Source: Chrysomallon squamiferum
Lineage: Eukaryota; Animalia; Mollusca
Reading direction: 5' to 3'
DNA length: 64,000 nucleotides
NCBI GenBank assembly: GCA_012295275.1
Contig: CM022666.1
Coordinates: 2,666,001-2,730,000, forward strand
The stretch's first letter is position 1, and each line of letters opens with the position of its first letter. A program made the position numbers and the translations under genes. The notes beneath the pieces are model-generated. The model ran no database searches. It saw only the letters and a program-made list of their open reading frames with translations, and was not told the origin of the DNA. Below, piece after piece: positions 52,846 to 64,000 of the stretch.

Positions 52846-55549
52846 TCAAAACTGGTTTGGGTCATTCTTTGTCCAAAGACTGGCCAGTGGTTTTGTCTTT
52901 GACTCTTCAATCACTTGTTTTACAATGTTGTAAATCTGGACATGAACTTCATTCATTGTGTGGTCAGCATCAATAACCTGCAGATATTAAAAACATTCAA
53001 ATCAAACTGATTGCACATTAGGCATAAGAAACATCAACAACAACAGCAACAACAGAAATCTGTCAGATAGAACAAAATGTCAAAACAAAAGGCTAAAGAC
53101 TGAATTGAAGACATGATAATTTGGATATTTGTCGAAAGAATGTTTTGTTTTCAAAAACTTTAGCTATAGATAGAAATCTACTGAAATTATGATGAAAAGT
53201 ATATAATTGTCTCTTTAGTTTATTTAGCATTTCATGTTGAGATACTGAAAAACAAATTTTAGCACCATTTAAAAATAAAATTAAAATTAAAAATAAAGTC
53301 AAATAAAGTTATTTCACACCAATTTGGTTTATATAATCAGTATGTCACCTATTTATATTGAACACTATTTATATTTTAAGAATAAAAACCATAAAATAAA
53401 TTTAATTTTCAACTGCTGCAGATATTTCTCTGAAAAAACAAACTTTATGAACATTACTTCTCTTGGTTGTCTCCCTTGTTGCTTTTAATCATCACTAACG
53501 TATTCTCTCTCTTACCTTTAGCTACATAAACTCATACCTCAAACATAGGTAATAATAACAATATATTTACATCTTATCTTTATTAGCTATATACACTCAT
53601 ACCTTTCTTGTTGTTTTTTTATTTTTTAAACTTCACAAAAAAACTATTTATTATTAAATCCTGTATTTTGTTAGGCTTACCTCCCAGGTGTTGTCTTTCA
53701 GATGATCGTAGTTCTTTGCCACGTGCTCCTGGAACGCTGTGATTTCGTATCTCTCTGTGCCAAAGCTTCCTCGTTTTGCTGCCACCTCTGAACTCAGAGT
53801 CAGATACAAAACTTTATCTGGTTTTGGCAAACCGACGTCAGGCTGTCGACACCAGTCTATTGACAAACCCTTTATTAAAAATGAAGAAAGGAAAGATTTC
53901 AATAATATCATCTACCACTTTAAAAAAATTTTTTAAAAATTACAATTCCTGAATAAAGAAGTTAAGAAATTTTATAAGATGTCAAATTACATTTTTAATT
54001 ATAGTAGTTTTTTTGGTGTTATATGTTTGTTTCAGGACTATAAAAATACTTACTGATGTTTTTGTGGTCTTGTGTGTTTGTTAAAAAAAACTCTAAGGAT
54101 ACTCAGAAGTGACATTTTAAGAACTATTCAGATGCTTGGAAATGAACAATATGGCTAAATGACTACTTAGATTTTATTCAAAACAATAACTGTTAACTTA
54201 TCAGTAAAAACATGAAGTTGATGTTTAATTACAGACTTGTATTCAGGACCATTAAGCCACATATAGGTCATCTTTTTCTTTAGTCACCTGTTTTGCTGCT
54301 GAAAAGGCAACACCCGAGAAAGCATATCTATCAACAATCAATGTTGTTCCCTCCTGTAACAGTTTTTTCATCTTTGGCCTTGAAAAAAAAAATAATAATA
54401 ATAAAGAAAAATACATTAATAAGAAAAATTACTCTACCTAAAAAACAAAAAGAAAAATGGTATGAAGGTAAATGAATATAACATTGAAATAATTTTTCTG
54501 TTATTTCATTCTATTTATGACAACTGATAATCCAAGAATTAAAAAAAAGGAAGACAATATTAATATATGTTTCTGCAGTTATCTTAAAATACTGCTATAC
54601 TGTAACAGAGGTTTAGGATAACTTACATGAAACAACTGGAACTGGATTTTGAAAAGTGATATATAGCCTGAGAATATGATCTCAGTCTAAATATGGAATC
54701 ACTTTACTTTTCAATACCAATTTATATAAAAAATTAGAAGATATTTTTAGAAAAGTTTTTTTAAATTTTGTGCATAAAATAAGATTTGTGCATGCTATTT
54801 CAACTACTTGAAAAAAGTTTAGGATTTTGGAGCTTTTAAGATTTCATAAATTTATTAATTATAAATGATGATATTGACTTATTTTAATTTTTTAATTTTT
54901 TTAAATGAAGAAAATATTATTTTTGTTCTTTTCAAGACTTACACACATTCCCATCGGTTGGCTGAGAAAAGAAGATGAATAGAATGATCCTCTACTTCAG
55001 CCTTTTTTCTAAGGTAACTGTCTATCATTTGTCCAATACTAGTAGTCCTGTCTGAAAACAGTATTGTTATATAATACTATGTTCTTATTATATATTTTGT
55101 TTTATTTTTTTGGGTGGGGGACAGAAAGAATTGAATTTTGTAGAATTTTGTTTTTGTAATTGTATTAAAATTCGATATTTGTTAGCCCATACAAATGTTT
55201 GATGATATCAAGTATTTATCAGTTAAAACTGAGTGTAAAGGTTTCAACTTTAGAAGATATGTGCCATATGTTTTAGAAATAATATTTTAAAAATCAACCA
55301 TTACCGTTTATTCAAATGTCTTTCACTCTTAGTATAATAATAATTAAACAAAATACTTGAGTCTTCAGCAGAAACTGAAACTTATTAGAAATAAAAGTCT
55401 CAGAGTAGTCATAAAGTACCTGGAAACTTAATTAATTCGCATGAGATTCCTTCACCCCGAAGTCTGTTTACAAGTTTGTTGCATTGTGTTGTTTTACCAC
55501 TTCTGTCACAGCCTTCGAATACTATTAAAGATCCTCTCGTTCCTGCCAT
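52846..55549 (-). CDS. DTYMK: Thymidylate kinase; exons 55549-55420, 55051-54943, 54378-54288, 53869-53681, 52977-52846
   Basis: P-loop [14 protein letters not shown], plus [37 protein letters not shown] and ERYE. Splice sites are consistent. Confidence 0.95.
54630..54850. mobile_element. Degenerate Tigger-like MITE copy in a DTYMK intron
   Basis: ATAGCCTGAG...GATCT..GTCT.AA.ATG, ATTTTGTGCATAAAATAA and AAAAAGTTT..GATTT are shared with 35589-35864. Confidence 0.55.
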
Positions 55550-55557
55550 TGTATTTT

Positions 55558-55567
55558 TTTGGCGGGA
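55558..55567. promoter_or_regulatory. E2F-like site TTTGGCGGGA just upstream of the DTYMK start codon
   Basis: Resembles the E2F consensus, as expected for an S-phase dNTP-synthesis gene. Confidence 0.45.
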
Positions 55568-56258
55568 GGAAAACCGAGTCGTGTAATTCCGTATAATTAC
55601 TACGAAACCTAAATCGGAAAAGGTTCGGAACATTTTTTGACTCTTTGATTTAACATGGTAACAGTATGTTCTGTCACTGAAGAAACATAACTGCAAACTG
55701 TTCTTTTATACATACAATTACAGTTTCGATGTAATGCTGTTGGTAATGTTTCTGAATACAACTGCTGTAAATGAAATACACTGCGAGTTTGACTGTTTAT
55801 TTTATAAACATCTTGGATTTGGAAAATAGACTGGTATTTGATTTCGGAAAGTATAACTCTATCGCACTCATTACCTAAATCCAGCATTCGGTTGTGTTTC
55901 AATAGACTGCCATGAACTATCGGCTTTTACTTCCTGAGATGGCAAAACAGAACATGGGTGACTGGATTCACCTCATCACCGTGGTTACAAATAAACAAGA
56001 CTAAATAAACGGTGATGGCGTAGAAATTCCTTGCAACTAAAAGAAGTTTAGTGAGCGGCGATCTGTTTTAATAGTTTTATATCTAAAATATATAAAGGTA
56101 ATATAAAACTGTATGAAGTCAAGATGACTTGACCTACAATGGATACACCATTATTGCCTTAACATAAAGAGATTTACAAAATAAATAAATAAATAAAACA
56201 AATAAAAATAAAATAAAATAAAAATAAAACCAAAATAAAATAAAACAAAAACAAAACA

Positions 56259-56301
<43 letters not shown>

Positions 56302-58348
56302 AATAATAATAATAATATATTGTACTAATTAAGGTGAAGAAAAAAAAAAACATTACACTTACTATATACCTATGGTCTGTAAAACATGTAATCCTGGTAT
56401 TCAATTTTTTGGTTTAAAAATCATTGACTACAAATTTTTAAAATGAGTTTCAGTATAAACTTTAAAATAAGTAAGTCCCTAAGAATAAATAAATAAGTAA
56501 TATTAAGATAATTAAAATTTAATTTCTTATTTTTGAATGACATATCAGATAGATGTATAGGATTTACTTTTTTTCATTTATTTTTTTTCAAAATTAACAT
56601 TTATTAATATTAAATTATTGACCATTGAATTATATGGCACCACTTTTATTCAAAGGATTTTTGATGTACCAGTATAAATGATCATTCTTTCTTTATTTTA
56701 ATAATTTTATTTTCACAGTGGTGAATAACCAGTTAGCATTTGTAGTAGCATAAAGAAAAATGTCATTTGTGGTATTATAAAGTGGTTGAAGTTGTCAGGA
56801 ATGAATATGAGAAAATAGATACATACATACATACATACATATATATATATATACATATATACATACATACATGCATGCATACATATACATATATACATAC
56901 ATATATACATACATATATACATACATACATACACACACATATATATATATATACTATAAATTTAAAAAAAATAGATACAATATGCTTTACACATTTTTTT
57001 ATTAACTGCAATTGTTATACAGTAACAGTTATGACAAGATGAATAAAGCCAAACAAAAATAATTTCACAAAATGAATGTCAAAATTATTTTTGTAATAAT
57101 GTTTTAAATATTTAAATGCTTTAGCCGTTGACAATAGTTTCAAGAAAAAGTTATCACAAAATATCACAGATATTTATACACAGGCACTAAGATTACAGAT
57201 ATACAGGAATTATTGAGTATACCATATTTACTACATTATTTACATTTAAAATAGCTTTTTTGTTCAGCCCTGAAACAGGATATATAGCATGAAGAATTAT
57301 AATCATAGCAATTAAATTTTTGCCTCATAGAAACCATGATGGTGATGATGATGTTAAAAAATAATGTAAACATTTCCACCTTAATTAACCTTTTTTTAAT
57401 GCAACTATAAAACCAATTTTAATTTACTGTTTTAATAAATTTAAATTTTGTTATGATATAATTAATTAAACAACTTTAACAAAAAATAATTAGTTCTTTT
57501 CAATTTTTGATACTAGACTTGTGGAGAATAATAATGAAAAAAATAATTAATATACATATGTATTCAACAATTTTATACAATTAAATGGGAACATGTCTAA
57601 ATATCCAGATTTTTACTATCGCATGCAGATACCTATTGTGTATAAATGCACTCCAGATAGATAATGAAAGTGTTTTAGGACAGAAATTATCAAAATCAAC
57701 AACATATAACATGATATAAAATATGCAGCATATAATAAAATTCTGCATATCTTATAAAGTACATTTTATCTGTTTATGAATAAATATTGATTTTATTAAA
57801 AAATAAAATGATAAATAACTATCATGAGTTGAAATACATAATATCAATAATGACAATTGTAAAGAAACAAATTATGATACACACACAACCATTATCATAA
57901 CAAATACATCAGTCCCACTAATACACACACTAACAATTAGTAACTAAAGAATAATTAATTCTCAACAAAATTTGGCAAGCTGATTAGAATAAACAAACTT
58001 TTAAATGTTGTTATGGAGTAAATTAAAATTATTTCACACCTGGACAACAATTTTCTTTTCATTTCTTGGAAGAATTTTTAATTTTTTTAATTTATTGTTC
58101 ATTTCAAGATTCATATATAATTTATTTTGAATCTTTATTTTACTAGTTTTGAAACAAAAGACAAAAATTCAAATTTTATTGTTCACTGGAAGATCTAACA
58201 TATAATTTAATTCTGTTTTAATTCTTTTTCCACCAACAATAATGAAATAATTAAGATGATAATGATAATTAAATTCAAAAAAAAAAAAAAAAAAAAAAAA
58301 ATCAATTCAGTTTGAGTTTATTGTTTGCAATGTATGCCACCATGGATA

Positions 58349-61300
58349 TCAAGATGTTGACATGACTGGGCGAGGTGTGGCAACGATGTCGTCATTGAAA
58401 GATAACTCTTGAGTCCATTCGTACAGTTTGCTGGCTTCTTCTTCCAAATATTCCTCAGCATCCTCAAACTCTTCATCGTTTTGTTCATCAGCTGTTAGCT
58501 TTTCACTTGTTCCTTGCCTCTCGTCCTTTGAAATTAAAAAAACCCAATTAGGCATGTAACTATAATGACCTTATTCTCATTACATCTCATTTATGTGATT
58601 TATGTAGTGAAATGTGACTGTAAAAAATATATTCTTTTATAAGAAAGACTTTTATAAAGAGTGTGTATGTACACTTAAACACATATGCACACTTGTTCAA
58701 GCATATAAATAAGCATTCTAATGACTTAACACACAAGCATTCTAATAATTTACAAAGATGACCAATAAAATAATTTTTGAATTAGAAACATTTTAATTAA
58801 ATCTCAGTGAAAACGTAATCATACCTTGTCCAAACCATACATTTTCCTCATTTTTGAAGCTCTCATTCTTGCCTGTTTCGATCTTCTGCTTGACATTTCA
58901 CTGTTGTTGACGTTGAAACCAGATTCCTTGTATTTTGCAGGAGTTGGTGTGGGTGCTGGTGCTGTTGGTGTTCTGCAAAAAAAGTTAAATTGTAACACTC
59001 TATTAATTAAATTGATTAATTTAAAATTAAATACTCTATCCATTAACATTTGCCTGAAATTGTCTCTCTCTATTTTACTTTCTAAGATGACACATACATA
59101 TAAATGAATCTGTATTTATCAAAACAAGAATGAAGTTTATGTTGGAACTCTATAAATGTTGATTTTATTTTCTAAGATAATGTATAAAATAAAATTCATT
59201 TATATTTAACAAATTTACCAAAATTCAAGGCATTAAGGAATAAATGTTTGAGTCGTTATCTTTCTTAGATAAAATAGTATACACATACATTTCATGAACA
59301 TATTAAAATAAAACTTCTTTAGGATTTAATATTTCATTTATTATCAGTTTATGCTAAAACAAAATTCCTTTCACATGACAGTTCAGTCAGTTACACTGTA
59401 TGATACCTAGCACTCGACATTTTGTTTGTATGCCAAACGTAAGTCTAATTTTAAAACAGAATAAAACGATACTGACAAAACAGTTTAAATAGATACACTT
59501 GCCTCATTGTGGAAATAGTCTGAATCTGCTGCAGTTTAATTTCCTGAGTGAGAGGTCGACAAACCAGAAGAGGAATTTCCTTTCTCAGTCTAGGAGTCAT
59601 CACATTGTTGTACGCATAATCAATAACATCGTAGAAGATTGTGCGACGTGAGAGATCTATTTAAAAAATATATAAATATAAAAATTTTGCAATTAAGGCC
59701 ATTGGATGTCTGGAATATAGCTATATATGAAACCTGTTGGGCATCATTTAAAGCTAGTCACTTGAGGAACAACATAATGTTCTTCTGGGTAGCACAATGA
59801 TGACAAATAACAAAAGTAATTGAAAATATCTTTGAGATTGTTTCTTTCAAGAACTTATCAACTCTTAACATGTTGATATATTTTTTTTATCTCTCCCTTT
59901 TTAAATGTTTTGATTAATATTAGGTATGCAAAGAATACAGTTATAACAAGTGATTTGTTTTTTTTTTATTTCTTTTTTTTAAATTATAATTGTATGATTT
60001 CATGAAAAAGAAATTTTCCTTCTTATATAACTGTCATACTTTATTATTAACAAAGTATGTTTAGGCTAATAATTCCTACCATTACAGATACGTTTGAATG
60101 AAAACCTTTTAACCTGCAGAGAATATTCTGTTGAAATAGTATCATCAAGATACACATCAAAATGAATCAGTAATTTAACTGAATATTTTCTCACCATCCA
60201 GTGTTAACTTCCTCCAGTAGTTTTCTTTTCCACCCAGACATGCAGGTGTCTCGTCCAGATTGGATAAATACTGGAAAATAAATAAATTAATGTTTAGTGC
60301 AAGACTGGCAGAAGCACGTTTCTAAGAAATAAATGCAATTCATAACAAAAACAATGTGCAAAAACCACAAACAACTGAGGTACAGGTCATTAAACATTTA
60401 TTGTTCAAATATTGAAAGGAATAAAAAGAAAGAAAAGTAACAAAAAAAAAATGAATGCATTAAACATTACTAAAATTTAGCTGTTATTTAACATAAAATA
60501 TTAAAGCCTAGAACAAGAAATAATAAGTAAAGTAGTTATAATAAAAGTAAATGAAATTATGAAAATTGTAACTTGAACTTTTACTTTTTTATGAATAATA
60601 AGATAATAACCACATCCAGTTTTTGTGAATTTTGTTTCCCTCCATCCAATAAGACATCCATTTATGTGCTCCAACTTTACCACAGAACTAATCTCAGTTC
60701 TTTTACAATGTGCCAAAAATAGTATCTCCTTCAGTATCTATTGTTTAAAAAAGCTCACCAAACAAATTGAGAAGAATAGTTTTCAGTTCTCTCTGAAAGA
60801 CACTTACTTGCATGTAATCTTTGAGAGTAGTGACATCAACTTCGTCAGCAATATGGTGCTGTTTTTGCAGAAGGGCATCTTGTAGAATCTGGTCATAGAA
60901 AAGGCGATTTCCCATCCATCTCAGTGAATCTTCTGCAGCCTGTGGGAATACATTTTTTTAGTACAAACATTTACTTGATAAATTTAGAGGGAACTTTAAA
61001 AAAACCAGACTTATTTATTCTTAAAAAAATATATATTTTTCTTTTATTTGCTATTATTTTATAATGTATAATAGAAATTAATGTTAATATTTTAAAGATT
61101 ATGTTGATTTTTCACCAAGAATATTAGAAATGATCAACAGTGGAACATTAATGATTATTATGTTAATAATTAACTTTTCGTTATCAAATTTTTAAAAGAT
61201 TCAAAAAAAAAAATTTTGTTTTTATATCTCACTTACATCAGAAGCAGGTTTAATCATTTTTCTGCCACTCAGATATTTAAGTCCCTTGCCATCAGAATTG

Positions 61301-62255
61301 TTGTAAATCTTGAAGAAAATCAGGGGAGGAAACTCTGAACCTCCAAATCTGAAATAATAATTAACAATTTTTTTTCAAAGAAAACAAAACTCATATTTCA
61401 CTTGGGATTGGTGTAATTTAAAAATTTTAAAAATAAAAAAATAAAAATAAAATGTTTCTGAAAGACATGAAAATAACTTACTGTGAATAATGAATATCTA
61501 AATATTAATGAAAAAATAAAGAGTATATATCACTTTGATTTTTTGAACTAATCATAAATTGTTCAGATATCAATACCAACCTGAATCTGACTTTTATTGA
61601 CAAGCATTTGTCATCCAAAAACTTGGCTTCTCTAGGGCATACCTTTTTGAGTATATCAAGTGAGATGGAATTTTCCTGAAAGAAAAAAAAAAATTAAAAT
61701 TGATCTACATATTATGAAAATAAGTAAATAAATATACCAATAATTTTTAATATAACTGATTAAGTTTTAATTTGTTTTGGTTAATCAGCTATCTACTCAA
61801 TTTTTTGGTTTTTAAATCTCTGCATTATAATCTCTATCACTGTTATCTCCCTTTATAGTAAATAATAAGAATCACCTCCCTTCCAGATCAATGACACATT
61901 ATTATTCATTGCATTCAATAATATTTACAACTCTGTGATTATTTAACACATTAATTTAACATTAAAGTAATAATATTATTTACTTCTGTATAAAAAGTTT
62001 GATTTGGCAAAACCAAGCCACAAGAACTTTAATAACACTTCAAATTCTAAAAATATTTCTGTCCGTGTTATCTCCCTTCCCAATGAATGAGAAAGAGTTA
62101 TCTCCCATCCCCATTAATAAAATAATTTGTTAAATGTTAATTAGAGATGTACTTACTGCTGCACACACTGAGTGTTTGAGAAGACAAAACATTCGTCTGT
62201 CTCGATAAGAAATCCATGTTCTCTCAATGATAGATGCTGCCACTTGTTGCATTAA

Positions 62256-62286
<31 letters not shown>

Positions 62287-62838
62287 GGTAATAACTTCTG
62301 AAGTCTTTAAGTAATTAATCTGCAAAAAAATTCTTCAGTAACAAATGCTAAATACTTATAGGTCGACCAAAGCAATAAAAATAATAAATCTGAACATTAT
62401 TTGTTTTTCTACTGTCAGTGTTTTTACATTTTTATCATGTGAAACAAGTGATTAAAACGGGTCCCATAATAAGGAATGGAATGTAATTTTCCATCTAAAT
62501 AAAGAGTTAAAACAGAATTCAGATAAAGAGATGGACATGACAAATAAATTTCATCATAAAGAACAGAAAAAATGTATTGGCCATAAATAAAATAAAAAAA
62601 CTGTTAATGATGATGATAATAATAATAATAATAACAACAATAACAATAACAACATTAAGAAGATAAATAAATAAATAATATCAAATTTTAAAAATATTTA
62701 ATATTTGATGCAACTTGAAGGACTCATCCTGCTGTATTTGCCTATGACTGCTTAATATTTAATTTAATTACTGCCCTGATTAATGACTAAATGCATTTAA
62801 AAAATAATAATAAACACAATAACAACAACAATAATGAT

Positions 62839-62892
<54 letters not shown>

Positions 62893-63310
62893 AATAATAA
62901 TCACCTTCATTAATTTAAAAAAACAGAAAAATCATCAGCATTATAATAATTTTATATATCACTCACTCTCTCTGATTTCGTGCTCCTTGTCGCAGACTTC
63001 TTGTTGGAGACGGTGACAACGTCTTTTGACTTTGCCTGCTGGCTGGGGTAGGTTGAGGTTGTCTCATCATTGCCTGGCCCTCAAGGTTTCCAGAAAATCG
63101 GTCTGGGGTCATGTGACCTAAATTCTGAATGTAATTATCAGACAGCCTGTCCGGAGAGACACCTTCACGCCGATCGCTGCTAGCACTCGGCAATTTGACA
63201 TTAATAGACTGTCGACTGGTATGACCCACGCCATTTTGTTCATTTCGACTAGTTTCCTCTCTTGTTTCACGATGGCCCGACCCACTCTTTCTTGAATCTG
63301 AACGATCCAT
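58349..63310 (-). CDS. CXorf58: CXorf58-like (MFI/C11orf65-related) protein; exons 63310-62967, 62256-62157, 61675-61581, 61348-61237, 60939-60808, 60270-60195, 59656-59503, 58972-58825, 58525-58349
   Basis: IQ-like AASIIERTWISYRDRRMFCLLKHSVCAAE, KVRFRFGGSEFPPLIFFKIY, DETPACLGGKENYWRKL and RPLTQEI match the CXorf58 family as I recall it. All nine exons are phase-consistent. Confidence 0.8.
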
Positions 63311-64000
63311 CACTTACAATTAGACTGTATGGATACCTGGAGTAAAGCAAATAAAAACATACATATCACGAAATAAATAAATAAATAAATAATACTGTAA
63401 CAACAACAATGAAAATTGCTTGTGAAACCAGTTTATGATCTGCATTAAACTAACTGATATACGTTTTATTTGATTCGCTACTTAATTACTTGCTATGTTG
63501 TTGTTGTTGGTTTTACACAAGAGCTCGGGGTGCGTATTTCACACTATCAATGTATCATACGATTCATAGTAATTAATGTAATTCACTGAAAATTAATTCT
63601 GACAGCCACTCAACAGTCGGTACGTTGATGCCAAATAAATCTCATTATTTTTCACAATATTTAACTGCTTATTATATAATGTACACTGTTCGTTACCTGT
63701 TGCAGTTGATTTATCAGTTGAATAGCAGACACAATTGTCGGAGACAAAATTACGTACCATGTGTAAAATGGTCTCCATCGTAAACAAACAGTTACTTCCG
63801 GATATCCTGGATAATAGTCTGTAATTACATATCTTATATATATTTTATTAGAAATTAAATAGCTACATATTTCGTTCACCTCCTCTAGAGGCTCGCATTT
63901 TATATTTATTTATAAACCATAAATGAGGATTAGTTACATAAATGACTTTCTGTTTAAGAAGTTACAATTATTGTTTCAAAAGCTATTCTGCACCGATATA

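Noticed and set aside
55974-56017. CATCACCGT...ACGGTGATG stem-loop upstream of DTYMK
   Set aside because: A single 9-bp stem with no recognisable ncRNA motifs.

Overview
Very AT-rich, microsatellite-rich eukaryotic DNA with spliceosomal introns. It is most likely an invertebrate, possibly a mollusc (inference only). In order along the window: (1) a ~17 kb tandem/inverted array of two-exon type-I glutamine-synthetase-like (lengsin/gamma-glutamyl-amine ligase-like) paralogs, with 3 intact copies, 2 disrupted copies and a 5' relic; (2) a ~23-exon DZIP1/DZIP1L (iguana) ciliary zinc-finger gene; (3) ~7 kb of AT-rich non-coding DNA; (4) a two-exon secreted His/Glu/Lys-rich protein with 30-aa tandem repeats; (5) a two-TM protein with one coding exon and an APD1-4-middle-like domain; (6) thymidylate kinase DTYMK; (7) a CXorf58-like gene with a GC-AG intron. 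Two things stand out. The GS-like paralogs keep the metal/ATP/glutamate residues, lack the ammonium-handling residues, and shuffle substrate-pocket blocks between copies. The His-rich repeat protein has no family I recognise. All exon coordinates were read by eye.
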